Shown: positions 41,074-51,879 of the stretch, piece after piece
Layout of the letters: every line of letters starts with the position of its first letter
How positions within the stretch are numbered: the first letter of the stretch is position 1
The notes under the pieces: generated by a model
Told to the model about the DNA's origin: nothing
Databases searched by the model: none
The model's input: the letters and a program-made list of their open reading frames with translations, nothing else
From: an uncultured Verrucomicrobiae bacterium
Lineage (GTDB): Bacteria; Verrucomicrobiota; Verrucomicrobiia; Chthoniobacterales; Terrimicrobiaceae
Assembly: GCA_963706955.1 (NCBI GenBank)
Contig: CAVPOC010000005.1
Coordinates: forward strand, 120,477-184,476
Length of the DNA stretch: 64,000 bases
Direction of reading: 5' to 3'
Translations under genes and position numbers: made by a program

Positions 41074-42270
41074 GTTCACTCGGATGCGGGTCCAGGTGGA
41101 TGACCTGCCTCGCATCGAGTCGATCAGCACGTCGTCCACGGCGAGAAGCTTGGTTACTTCTGGATATCTCCTTTTCCACCTTTCCAGACCCGCGAGAGCG
41201 ACATCCTTGTCAGGAGAGTTCGCGATCACGAGAAGTGGCATCTTCGCCCGCGGTTTCTTGGCGGACTTGGCGCGCGAAGGCGCCACGCGCGGTGCTTCAC
41301 CCTCGGTCTTACGAAAATGCGGCGGCCAGGGCGCGTCACCAAGACCCGCGGCCTCGTCTCTTGCCGCGAGTTCGAGCAGCTTATCGATGGAACCTGGCTC
41401 GGCGTCCATCCCGGCGTGTGGATCGCCGAACTCGGCGAAGCGCTTCGGAACCGTGAGGACACCGAAGTCGGCTGGGTCGCAGTCGGGGACCTCATGCCAG
41501 TGGAGTGGCATGGACACACGGGCGTCGGGAAGCGGTCGCACGGAATACGCCGAGCAGGTAGTCCGATCCTTCGCGTTCTGGTTATAGTCGAGGAAAACGC
41601 CGTGACGCTCCTCCTTCCACCACTTCGAACTAGCCAGGCCCGGCAGGCGTCGCTCCACTTCACGCGATAACGCGAGCGCGGCGCGGCGCACTTCGTCGAA
41701 GGCCCAGCGCTGCTGGATACGCACATTTACGTGCATGCCGCGTGAACCGCTCGTTTTCGCCCAGCCACGAAGCCCCATCTCCTCGAGAAGCGATTTCACT
41801 TCAAGAGCCACACGCCGGACGTCCCGCCAGTTTACGCCAGGACCGGGATCAAGATCGACTCGCAATTCGTCGGGGTGCTCGAGATCGCCGGAGCGCACGG
41901 GATGGGGATGTAGCTCGATACAGCCCAGATTGACGATCCAGGCGAGCCCCGCCGCGTCATCGACGACGACCTCTTCCGCTTGGCGGCCCGAAGGGAATGA
42001 CAGCGTGACGGTTCGCAACCACGCGGGCCGCTTGACGGGGGCGCGCTTCTGATAAAACGCCTCGCCTTCGGCGCCGTCTACGAAGCGTTTGAGAACCAGC
42101 GGACGATCGCGGATGCCAGTGAGGACACCCGGGGCAACTGACAGATAGTAGCGAACCAGATCGAGTTTCGAGAGCTTCGTCTGCTTAGAGAAATACAGCT
42201 TGTCCGGGTGAGTCACACGGACTTCCCGTCCGCCGATCGACAGAACCTCAGCCGTGTCATCCTTCATCAC
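40963..42270 (-). CDS. LigD-type primase-polymerase domain protein (Prim-PolC-like)
   Basis: VTHPDKLYF, FYQKR, PDELRVDLDP, KTSGSRGMH, FLDYNQN and YSVRP. Confidence 0.9.
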   Translation of the reverse strand: MMKDDTAEVLSIGGREVRVTHPDKLYFSKQTKLSKLDLVRYYLSVAPGVLTGIRDRPLVLKRFVDGAEGEAFYQKRAPVKRPAWLRTVTLSFPSGRQAEEVVVDDAAGLAWIVNLGCIELHPHPVRSGDLEHPDELRVDLDPGPGVNWRDVRRVALEVKSLLEEMGLRGWAKTSGSRGMHVNVRIQQRWAFDEVRRAALALSREVERRLPGLASSKWWKEERHGVFLDYNQNAKDRTTCSAYSVRPLPDARVSMPLHWHEVPDCDPADFGVLTVPKRFAEFGDPHAGMDAEPGSIDKLLELAARDEAAGLGDAPWPPHFRKTEGEAPRVAPSRAKSAKKPRAKMPLLVIANSPDKDVALAGLERWKRRYPEVTKLLAVDDVLIDSMRGRSSTWTRIRVNLRNVPEALRPSQETPDPDDDPTREWRNWRASKQDQR

Positions 42271-42336
42271 TGAAACAGACTACCATACCGAGCCTCAACT
42301 TATCTTCTTTCGACCGTCGTAACAAAAATGTGTCGG

Positions 42337-42802
42337 CGCGCCCAAGATGCTCATCGAATTAGTCGCAGCTGCCATTACTGGGTCAAGCAAGGCGGAGGTT
42401 TCGTGACCGCAGCCGGCGACCAGGCATCGCTGGTCGCCTATCGCAACACCGCCTATGCCCGGCTAGGGCAACTGCTCAAGGAGCTCGATCCGCCCCCAAC
42501 GGCAGGCGACGAATGATCAGTGCTCCTTACCGCGCCGCGGACTGGGCCGATCGCGACCGCGATGCTGCCCTTTGGCAACAAGGATTCCCGCGGTGGCGCG
42601 ATTCACGACGCCGAGCCTGAGGAATGGGCCAAGCACCTGCGGCTCGTGCGGCGCATCGGCTCCACCGAAGTCGATCCCACGGATACCTGGGTTCGGGTTG
42701 GCGATCTCAGTCCGGAGCGGCTCGCCGAGTTCAAGAGTGTGCTGAGCGATGTCGGCTTGACGATACCCGCTATCTCGACCTCACGGCGCAGTGTGATGGA
42801 TC
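42337..42802 (+). pseudogene. Degenerate duplicate of the 3-hydroxyacyl-CoA dehydrogenase 3' end plus isomerase 5' end
   Basis: Near-identical DNA and protein to ~35852-36315, truncated at both ends. Confidence 0.85.
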
Positions 42803-42904
42803 CCGTCTGGCGAATCGTTGCGAGACCACTAGACACCTGGATCATTTTGTCATGGTTCGAATCCATGCGAGGCAGCCAACGCAAGGCGCCCCGGTTCCGT
42901 GTTG

Positions 42905-43657
42905 TCAGAGTGAGACCGACAAGCCCCCGTCGACGGATAGCACATGCCCGTTGACATAGCTTGCCGCGTCCGAGGCGAGAAAGATTACCGCGCCGCCTAC
43001 CTCTTCAGGTTTCGCCCAGCGTCCCGCCGGTGTGCGCCGCTCGACCCAAGCGGTGAATTCCTTGTCGGCCAAGAGTGCTTGATTGAGTTCGGTGGCGAAA
43101 AAGCCGGGGGCGATGGCATTGACCGTGACGCCGTGACGCCCGATCTCGGCGGCCATTGAGCGCGTCAGCCCATGAAGCCCCGCCTTCGACGCGACGTAGC
43201 CGTGAATGGTCTGGCGAGCGAGGATCGCGACGATCGAGCCGGTATTGATGATGCGGCCATGACCGCGAGGCACCATGACGCGTGCCGCCTCGCGGGCAAG
43301 TCGGAAGCAGGAGGTGAGATTGGTGGCAAGGATCCGCTCGAAATCGCCATCTTCCCATTCCGTGAGAGGGCGGCGATGCTGAATTCCTGCATTGTTGATG
43401 AGGATATCGAGCTTGCCATGCCGGTTGACAATATCGGCGATAGCAGCCGGGCCGGCCTCGGCATCGCAAACATCGAACGCCGCGAATTCGGCGTTGGTCA
43501 ATCTGGCTGCGGCGCTTCGTAGTGTCTCCGGATCGCGACCATTGAGCACCACCCGCGCGCCATGCTCGGCCAGTGCCTCGGCGATTGCCAAGCCAAGCCC
43601 GCGCGAGGCGCCCGTCACCAGCGCAATGCGTCCCTTAAGGGAGAAACGGTCGGTCAT
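42905..43657 (-). CDS. SDR oxidoreductase (gluconate 5-dehydrogenase-like)
   Basis: TGASRGLG, NNAGIQHR, YVASK, NAIAPGFFATELN and RTPAGRW. Confidence 0.9.
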   Translation of the reverse strand: MTDRFSLKGRIALVTGASRGLGLAIAEALAEHGARVVLNGRDPETLRSAAARLTNAEFAAFDVCDAEAGPAAIADIVNRHGKLDILINNAGIQHRRPLTEWEDGDFERILATNLTSCFRLAREAARVMVPRGHGRIINTGSIVAILARQTIHGYVASKAGLHGLTRSMAAEIGRHGVTVNAIAPGFFATELNQALLADKEFTAWVERRTPAGRWAKPEEVGGAVIFLASDAASYVNGHVLSVDGGLSVSL

Positions 43658-43744
43658 CTGATCCTCTCTGCAAAAGAGGCGGGAGCTGCCTCTCGCCTCG
43701 CATCGTCGTCGCGTCTGAACGTACTTGGCGATGCAGATGTCCGT

Positions 43745-43907
43745 CTAAGCTGAGATGATGCCGCAGATCTTCACGTTCGACGAGAGTATCCCGTCCGCTG
43801 ATGCTCGCCCATTCAAGACGCACGAGACGCAACACGCCGAGAAGAACGCCCCGCAAAATCACAGTCACACCGATAACCAGGATGATGTGCTCGACGATCT
43901 CAGGCAT
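43745..43907 (-). pseudogene. DUF1622-like membrane protein N-terminal fragment
   Basis: IGVTVILRGV...EREDLRHHL, then loss of similarity. Confidence 0.4.
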
Positions 43908-44130
43908 CGTTGATCCGCTTACACAGCAATCGTATTAGGAGCGATATTTTTCTCCCAGGTCCGGTCGACGTTCATTGTGCTCGACTGCCACGTCGAACCA
44001 AGCTTCGTGGCAGGTGATCAGCAGTAGTTGGCAAAATCGAGCCACGAGGTCAGGCTGTAGGATCAGGGATGAGGAAACCCCAAGGGAGAGCACCGGTCAG
44101 CGAACCTGCACAGGGAATCCGAAACGGTCG

Positions 44131-44870
44131 TCAGTGGCCGAGTTCGTCCTCGAGGTGGACCCGGATGATCTCATCGAATGAGGTTTCGGCGGTGAAGCCG
44201 AGCGCACGGGCCCGGGTCGCTTCAAGGGCGGGCGCCCAGCCGGACACCATGCGCATAATCGTCTCGTCCGGCTCGCGGCGGATCAGCGCCACCGCCGAAT
44301 CACCTGCGACGCGACGCAGCGCCTCGATCTGCTCCCCGACGGTCGCGCTGACCCCCGGCATCGACAGGGTCCGGTCCGGCCCGATCAAGGCGGAGTCGAT
44401 CGTCGCCGCCTGGATCAGGAAGCCGACCGCCGAGCGCGGCGAGGCGTGCCAGTGCCGGACGGACTCGGGCACCGGCAAAACCGCCTCCTGACCGACCAGC
44501 GGCTCGCGCAGGATGCTGGAGAAGAACCCGGATGCCGCTGCATTTGGCTTGCCAGGACGGATGCAGATGGTCGGCAGCCGGATGCCAACCCCGTCGACGA
44601 ACCCACGCCGGGTGAAGTCCGTCAGCAGCAACTCGTCGATGGCTTTCCGGGTCCCGTAGCTCGTCCGGGGCGTCGCCGGAAATTCGTCCGGGATGAGATC
44701 GGGCAACGGAGCGCCATACACCGCGATCGAGGAACGCGAACACCAGTCGCGGCAGGTAGCCGTCGGCAACGAGCCGATCGGTTAGCTTGCGGCCGATCAT
44801 CCCGGCAGCGCCGGTCACTGCGATATGCACGCCGAGCCTCCTCTCGTCTTTTGGGGAAGTTTGAGAGCGC
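44131..44870 (-). pseudogene. Duplicate of the denD-like gene with a 279-bp internal deletion and a frameshift
   Basis: Near-identical to 37026-37658 and 37938-38040. Confidence 0.88.
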
Positions 44871-45502
44871 CCGATTTACCCTCTGGCTGGGAAAAGCATC
44901 AGCCACTTAGTTACGAGCCTCACTGGATTTTCGCCTCAAGTTTCGCCAAAATCTTCGTAGCTAGTCCTGTGAACTCGAGCAGCGCTTGAATCCGGCCAAA
45001 GCTGCTTGAACTCGACTTCGAGGGCTTCTTTTGATCGAAGAACTTGGTGGAGACCACATGATCCATTTGGTTGGTTGACGATAGTCCGAATTTTGATTCG
45101 CCGTGGTCAATAAATCGAAAATCATGATTTTGTTGTAGACAGCACTCGCGACCCGTGAATTGCCATGGCAACGTTTGCCACCGCGGACCCCGCAGTGTCG
45201 AAAGGAATTGCCGTAAGTCTTTTCATACAGAATTCATCAGTTGGTTGCAGATTGTAGGTAAGGAGAGTAGCTTCCCCGGAACCCCCCAAACTTGTGAAAG
45301 ATGAGGCAAGCTCCCCCCAGAGACCCTCGAGGTTCTCCCCGTGCTTGCCCAAGGACCGTTGCTGCTTCACCCGAAGTCGTTAGACGGATCCTTCACAATT
45401 CAACCCTACCTATCAAATAACATCGAGGAGACAATCCATGGAAGACATTCAACAGCCCAAGTTCGTCGCAAAACCAAACGCGCCCCAACTGAAAGGAAAT
45501 CG

Positions 45503-46644
45503 GATGAAATCCCCTCCTGAGTCGCCTGCTGACGATGGCCGGCGCCCTGTCGCTCCTGTGCGGCATCTCGATGACGGCGATTGCGGCAGGCCCGCAAGTC
45601 GTCACCGGTCCTGGTGCCGATGCCGATTGTTTCAAGCCGTGGAATGCCGACACAAAGTACTTCAAGTGGCCAAAAAAAGATGGTCCCTATCGCATCGCAC
45701 TGGTCAATGGATTCATCGGAAATACGTGGCGTATCCAGATGATCAAAACGGCCAAAGCCTACGCCGACCAGCCCAATGTGAAGAGCCAACTGAAGGAATT
45801 CAAGGTGGTATCGACCGGTGAGGACCTTGCCGCCCAGATCGCCGCAGCAAATAACTTCATTGACTCCGGCTACGATGCAGTGATCGTGAACGCGCTAAAT
45901 CCGGCCGCCTTCGCGCCGGTCGTCAAGCGCGCCAACGCCGCCGGTGTCGTCCTATTGTCATTCGATAACGTTATCGAGTCGCCTGATGCGGTCATAGTCA
46001 ACGTCGACCAGGTCGAACTAGGCCGCCTCGCTGCTCGCTGGCTCTTAAAGGAGATCAAAGCGGACTCGGGCAAGATCCTCGAGGTCCGGGGACCATCGGG
46101 TAATTCGGTCGATCGCGATCGGCACAACGGTTTCCACGAGGTCCTCGATAAATCCGGTAAGAAGTTCGAGGTAGTCGAAGTCGTAGGAAAATGGGATGAC
46201 GGCACCGCCCAGAAGGCGACGGCCGACGCCATTGCGATCCACAAAAAGTTCGATGGTATATATACGCAGGGTGGTTCGACTGGCACGGTCCAGGCCCTGA
46301 TTGATGCGAAACATCCGATGATCCCGGTGTCCGGCGAAACCGAAAATGGCTACCGCAAGTTATGCGCAAAATATGCCGACCAAGGTCTCCACGGTTCGTC
46401 GGGCGGAACGGGGCCAGCCCAAGTCGCGGTAACTATCAAGGCGGCTATCGCCGCACTCCAGGGTAACGCGATTCCGCAGGCGATAGCGTTACCGGTCTCC
46501 TATGTCGAGTTTCCAAATATGAAGGAAGGCCAGGACTACTATCCTGACCTCGCCGACAACTTCTTCGTTGGGAATTCCTTTCCAGACTGCAACATCGGCT
46601 TCACTGCCAAAGAGATCATGGGTAAGTCGGAGTCGAACGAGTGA
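45503..46644 (+). CDS. Sugar ABC transporter substrate-binding protein
   Basis: RbsB-like ORF 45535..46644. Removing one C from the run at 45510-45513 restores the signal peptide MKSLLSRLLTMAGALSLL from ATG 45503. Confidence 0.88.
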
Positions 46645-49600
46645 CGTTTCCTGAAGGGACTGGCGTCCCGGGAGATATTCCCCGCGACGCAACCAGTCCG
46701 GCGGATGTGACGGGGGAACCCTTGTTCCGAATGGAGGGTGTCTCTAAGCGTTACGGCGGCGTGCGCGCACTTGAGGAAGCTCGGTTCGAGTGCGTGAGGG
46801 GCCGAATTCATGCGGTCCTCGGCGAGAACGGCGCCGGAAAATCAACGCTGATAAAGGTGATGGCTGGGGTGGTCCAGCCAGATTCGGGTACATTGAGAAT
46901 GGAGGGCCAGTCTGTCACATTCCGCAATCCGGCAGCGGCGACGGAGGCGGGGATTGCCTGCATTTTTCAGGAACTGTCGCTGATTCCCGACTTGACGGTC
47001 GCCGACAACATCGCGATCACCCGTCCGCCGACGCGCTTGGGCCTGATTGATAGCCGAGCTCAACGCCGCGTCGCGGAAGAGGCACTTGCCCGCGCCGGGG
47101 CGCGTGACATTCATCCGCTCTCGCCGGTGAAGGACCTGCCTCTGTCACGCCGGCAATTGGTCGAAATCGCCAAGGCCCTCTCGCGGAGGCCTAAGATCCT
47201 GATCCTGGACGAGGCGACTTCGGCGCTGACCGCCGGCGACGTCGAGAGGGTCTTCCGCGTTCTCAAACAACTTCGCTCGGAGGGTTTGGCTATCGTTTAC
47301 ATCTCACACCGCATGCACGAGGTCGCCAAGCTCGCTGACGATTGCACGGTTTTTCGCAATGGTCGGTACGTCGCGACATTCGATGCTGGGACGAAGAGCG
47401 ATGAAGCGATCGTGGAGTTGATGATCGGGCGGGAATATAAGAGCGTGTTTCCGCCGAAGGCGGCGGAGATGCCAAAGCGCGCACCGGCGCTCAAGGTTAA
47501 AAATCTATCCTGGGCGGGACGCCTCAACGGGATCGAGCTGTCGATCAGGCCAGGGGAGGTGGTCGGCCTCGGTGGACTAGATGGGCAAGGCCAACACGAG
47601 CTCTTGCTCGCCCTATTCGGCGTTCTGGTCGGAGTCTCCAGCACGGTTGAGGTCGCGGGCAAACCCGTTACTTTGAAAAGCCCACGCACGGCCAAGGGGA
47701 AAGGCGGCATGGCGCTCATTCCTGCAGATCGCAAAACCGAAGGTTTGATGTTGCCGATGTCGGTTCGCGACAATTTGTCCTTTGCCGCCGCTGAGCGATT
47801 CTGCCGCTTTGGCCTGATCGACAGCACTGCCGAAAAAACTGCTATTGATCGGGTTATCCAGCTATTGCAAATCCGATCGGATGGCACCGACGGTCCAGTC
47901 GGTGCGCTTTCTGGCGGCAATCAGCAGAAAGTTGTCATCGGCAAATGGCTGATGATCGAGCCCCGGATCATCCTCCTGAACGACCCGACTCGGGGCGTCG
48001 ACGTCGCGACTAAACAGGAATTCTACCAATGCCTGCGTCGGTTGGCCGACGAAGGTGCCGCCATCCTGTTCTATTCGACGGATTACGATGAGCTGATCGG
48101 CTGTTGCGACCGAGTCCTGGTTCTCTATAACGGCGCGATCGTCCGAACGCTCGAAGGTGCCGCCATTACCGAGCGAGATCTCGTCGCGAGCGCGCTCAAT
48201 CTGCCCACGGCTGCGACGGAGAGCGCTCCGGTGGCGATCACAGAGATGCGTCCGTCGACCGAGAGGTTTGGCTCCCAGCCCGCCGAAGCCACGCCAAGCA
48301 GCCCACGCGCCGTCAATCGACGGAAACGCGACTGGAACTTTTTTTTTGCCGAGCAGCGCGGACTGCTCTTCGCCATCGCGCTGTTTATTGCGATGTTCGC
48401 GCTCTACTTATCGAAGCATCCAGCAGGCTTCAGCGCCAGAGTAGTCAATACGGCGGCCAACACGGGAACCTTACTCGCGCTCGCGGCGATGGCACAGACC
48501 ATCCCGGTTCTCACTGGCGGGCTCGACCTCTCGGTCGGCATGGTCTTGGTGCTCGCAAACTGCGTGGCCTCGACGCTGATGAACGGTTCGCCGCTTCAGA
48601 CGGCGGCCGGGGTCGTGGCGGTCCTCGTTGTTGGCCTCTTATGCGGTGCGATCAACGGCAGTATCGTCGTCTATGGCCGCCTGCAACCAATCATCGCGAC
48701 CCTCGCTACCGGCGCGATTTATTATGGCGTTGCACTCTGGCTAAGACCCTCGCCAGGGGGTACGGTGAACACGGATTTCGCTGACGTCGTTGTCAGCTCG
48801 CTTCCCGGTGGCATCCCGGTGTCCCTAGTTCTTCTCCTCGGGATCGTGCTTTTCATCTGGCTCCCCTACCGCCATTCGGTTCTCGGTCGCGGGGCTTATG
48901 CGATCGGCTCCTCGGAGCAGGCCGCCTATATGTCCGGTATTCCAATCGCCCGCGCCAAGTTCCTCGCTTACGTTTTAGCTGGGCTTCTCTCCTCGGTCGC
49001 TGGCTTGCTCCTGACCTGTATCACCTATTCTGGTGAAGCCAACGCGACTCTTGGCGGCAGCTATACCTTAAACTCGATCGCAGCGGTCGTAATCGGCGGA
49101 ACCTCACTATTTGGCGGCTCCGGCGGCGCGATCGGCTCGATCTTCGGTGCCTTCGTGCTGAGGACGATTGGTAATCTGCTCCTGGTATTCGATCTAGAGC
49201 CGCTCTGGCAGCCGTTATTTCTTGGCGTTGTCCTCCTCGTCGCCGTCAGCCTCGGTTCAGTTCGGCTACTTCGGATCAAAAATAGGCTCGACGTCTACCA
49301 AGGAGGAGGCGAGCGAGCGGTGCGGGTCGGGACTCGCCAACGAATTGATCCGGTGGTGCTAGCGGCGTTCGGCTGCATCGTCGCGCTGCTCCTGATCGGC
49401 TCATTGTATTCGTCGAACTTTCTCTCTCCGGCGTATTTGGTACAGCAACTCCAAGTGGCCTCGTTCCTTGGCGTCATCACCTGCGGTCTCATGTTGGTTG
49501 TCCTCCTTGGCCATATCGATCTGTCAATCCCTTGGGTAGTGGCGATGGGAGGTATGATGTCAACCGCGGCGGGCGGCTGGGGCGGAATCGGTCCGGCGCT

Positions 49601-50273
49601 GGCTATTCCGATCGGCATCGCGTCTGGCCTTGGGATCGGTCTCCTAAATGGCCTTGGCGTCGCCTATCTTCGCGTGCCCTCCATGATTTTTACTCTTGCT
49701 ACCAATGTCATCGTCCAGGGACTGATGATAGTCCACACGAGTGGATTCGCCCCCCAGGATCGGGCCACCGACGCGATGCACCTGATCGCTGTTGGCCGAT
49801 CACTGGCCGGAATACCCAATACGGTTTGGGTCTGGCTGACAGTCGGCCTCTTTGTGGTAGTGTGCCTGACCCGATCGATCTTCGGCCGTCGCGTCTACGC
49901 CATCGGCAATTGCGAGTCGGCGGCTTACCTCTCTGGTGTTGATACACGTCGCGTGACTCTCGCATGCTTCGCTATTTCAGGCGCTTGCGCGGCTTTTGCC
50001 GGCGTTCTGCTCGCTGGCTACTCGACCCACGCCTATCAGGCGATGGGAGACCCGTACCTCCTCCCGGCGATCGCCGCCGTGGTGCTCGGCGGCACGAGTA
50101 TCCTCGGCGGCCGCGGCACATTCCTCGGCACGATCGCTGGCGCAATCCTAATCACGCTGCTGCAATCAATACTTTCAGTGGTCCAGGTGCCGGAAGCTGG
50201 GCGTCAGATTATTTATGGGGTTGTCATCGTCGCCATGCTTCTGCTTTACGGCCGCGAGCGCTTGCATCAGTGA
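46641..50273 (+). CDS. Fused sugar ABC transporter: tandem ATPase plus two permease domains (1210 aa)
   Basis: GENGAGKST...LSGGNQQK, then GGLDLSVG...LNSIAAVVIGG, then GHIDLS...LPAIAAVVLGG, all in one frame. Confidence 0.88.
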   Translation: MTFPEGTGVPGDIPRDATSPADVTGEPLFRMEGVSKRYGGVRALEEARFECVRGRIHAVLGENGAGKSTLIKVMAGVVQPDSGTLRMEGQSVTFRNPAAATEAGIACIFQELSLIPDLTVADNIAITRPPTRLGLIDSRAQRRVAEEALARAGARDIHPLSPVKDLPLSRRQLVEIAKALSRRPKILILDEATSALTAGDVERVFRVLKQLRSEGLAIVYISHRMHEVAKLADDCTVFRNGRYVATFDAGTKSDEAIVELMIGREYKSVFPPKAAEMPKRAPALKVKNLSWAGRLNGIELSIRPGEVVGLGGLDGQGQHELLLALFGVLVGVSSTVEVAGKPVTLKSPRTAKGKGGMALIPADRKTEGLMLPMSVRDNLSFAAAERFCRFGLIDSTAEKTAIDRVIQLLQIRSDGTDGPVGALSGGNQQKVVIGKWLMIEPRIILLNDPTRGVDVATKQEFYQCLRRLADEGAAILFYSTDYDELIGCCDRVLVLYNGAIVRTLEGAAITERDLVASALNLPTAATESAPVAITEMRPSTERFGSQPAEATPSSPRAVNRRKRDWNFFFAEQRGLLFAIALFIAMFALYLSKHPAGFSARVVNTAANTGTLLALAAMAQTIPVLTGGLDLSVGMVLVLANCVASTLMNGSPLQTAAGVVAVLVVGLLCGAINGSIVVYGRLQPIIATLATGAIYYGVALWLRPSPGGTVNTDFADVVVSSLPGGIPVSLVLLLGIVLFIWLPYRHSVLGRGAYAIGSSEQAAYMSGIPIARAKFLAYVLAGLLSSVAGLLLTCITYSGEANATLGGSYTLNSIAAVVIGGTSLFGGSGGAIGSIFGAFVLRTIGNLLLVFDLEPLWQPLFLGVVLLVAVSLGSVRLLRIKNRLDVYQGGGERAVRVGTRQRIDPVVLAAFGCIVALLLIGSLYSSNFLSPAYLVQQLQVASFLGVITCGLMLVVLLGHIDLSIPWVVAMGGMMSTAAGGWGGIGPALAIPIGIASGLGIGLLNGLGVAYLRVPSMIFTLATNVIVQGLMIVHTSGFAPQDRATDAMHLIAVGRSLAGIPNTVWVWLTVGLFVVVCLTRSIFGRRVYAIGNCESAAYLSGVDTRRVTLACFAISGACAAFAGVLLAGYSTHAYQAMGDPYLLPAIAAVVLGGTSILGGRGTFLGTIAGAILITLLQSILSVVQVPEAGRQIIYGVVIVAMLLLYGRERLHQ

Positions 50274-50290
50274 CTTTCCCGTCCTGCGCC

Positions 50291-50416
50291 GTCTGCACTA
50301 AACCACTTCTTTCCCACCCCAGGCTCCAGCGTCCGCACGCAAAACCGTTTCACGGTAGACTCAGCATCGCCCATGCTGCACGTCGCCAGGACTTCGGAAT
50401 GTTTGCGCATGCCGGC
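50291..50416. repeat. ~125 bp direct repeat, copy 1 (copy 2 at 51512-51636)
   Basis: GTCTGCACTAAACCACTTCTTTCCCACCCCAGGCTCCAGCGTCCGCA...GACTTCGGAATGTTTGCGCAT occurs twice. Confidence 0.85.
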
Positions 50417-50944
50417 GCGTATCTATTCCTCAAGCAATTCTCCGGCCACCGCACTCATTCTTTTGCACAGTTCGCGCCAGCCATGACATTCGCTATGCTG
50501 TCTTGAGAGGCGTCAGCGCTCGTCTGTGCACATTCGTGAGCCTCTCCGTGAGAGTGCCCTTACGTTCGGCTGTCCTGCGTTTTGGGGGATTCTGCGCGAT
50601 CAATATCACGCGCAAGTAGTGATAGAGTGTCAGGGTATTAATTTTGGCGGAAATGATCTAAACGTGCCAGGCGGAAAGGCTAGCTCCCTTACAAGTCTCC
50701 TACATAGTCATTGATTGTGTCATTAACTGAGCTCAAGTGGCTCTGATTGGTGGGACGTTGGTGAGGAGGGACATTCGGCTCATATCTTTTCATGGAAAGC
50801 TGATCTGCTAACATCTTCGCTTCACGTGCATCTATTGCGTATCGCGCATAACGGCGACGTCGTATCACAAGGCGCGCCAGCACATAGGTGGGAGTGCACG
50901 AACGGATAACGAGCATCTTCTTAGGCCTCATTCGTTATCTATTG

Positions 50945-51360
50945 TTTTTGAATCTTCTGATTGCGTTTATCGTTTGCTGGCGGACCATCGGTAGTTTTTC
51001 TGAGACGTTTGCGTCATATCAGACTAGATCGACAGCTCAGACTTTGAGTCCTGCGATGCATACTATCTTTGGATTCGACTGCTTTGGGCTTCTCTTTACA
51101 CCGCTAAATGGCAGAGCGCATATGATCGTATAGCTAGCTTTCTGAATGGTATGTTATTATGACCTGAGGACCGGCGGCTTCAGCGACTGCGGAGTGGCGT
51201 TATGGTTCGTGTTGCAGTCGGGCACCGCTATTGGGTGCAGTGGCGGTCAATATTTCATGCCATCTAAGGAAGAAAAAGAAGATATGGATCCTGATGTCCA
51301 ATACATCGTGTTTGAATGCCTACTCTATAATCTCCGAATTTTCTGACTCATTAGCGAATT
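50945..51360. repeat. Indel-riddled duplicate of 56545-56970
   Basis: Shared CTGATTGCGTTTATCGTTTGC, GACTAGATCGACAGC, CAGCGACTGCGGAGTGGCG and CCGAATTTTCTGACTCATT. Confidence 0.8.
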
Positions 51361-51879
51361 TTGGCCATGTGGTGACAGGCACACTTGAGCCGGCTGGTCC
51401 ATCCCTTCGCAAATTGATTCAATTCGATCAGTTAACGTTTGATAGCTAAAGGTTAGAAGCGGTGGATCTTCTGCGACTGCTTTCAGAACCAATGGATATA
51501 CGTCCAAGACAGTCTGCACTAAACCACTTCTTTCCCACCCCAGGCTCCAGCGTCCGCATGCAAAACCGTTCCACGGTAGACTCAGCATCGCCCATGCGAC
51601 GCCGCCAAGACTTCGGAATGTTTGCGCATACCGGCCGTATCGCACTGCTCGGCATGGATGCTCCACATCAAGGCGCGCAGCTTGCGCACTTGGTTGACAC
51701 TATCGACCAGCGCCTGGGCGCGATATTTCCGACATCTCAACTGTCACAAGGGTGGACTCTCGGCCTGAAAACATTGTCGCCCGCGGCATCTTCCCGGTTG
51801 AAAAAAAATTTCCCCTAAGGCTGGGTTCGCCTAGGGTTATGCATAGGTTTCGCCTTGAATAAACGGCGGTTTATCCTTC

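Noticed and set aside
5298..45513. Widespread pseudogenisation or programmed frameshifting (activator ~5300, permease ~23700 and ~24362, dehydrogenase ~26930, EEP ~38735, binding protein ~45512)
   Set aside because: Each is repaired by deleting one base from a short homopolymer in an otherwise intact gene, which is the pattern of long-read consensus error. Read-level checks are needed before any biological claim.
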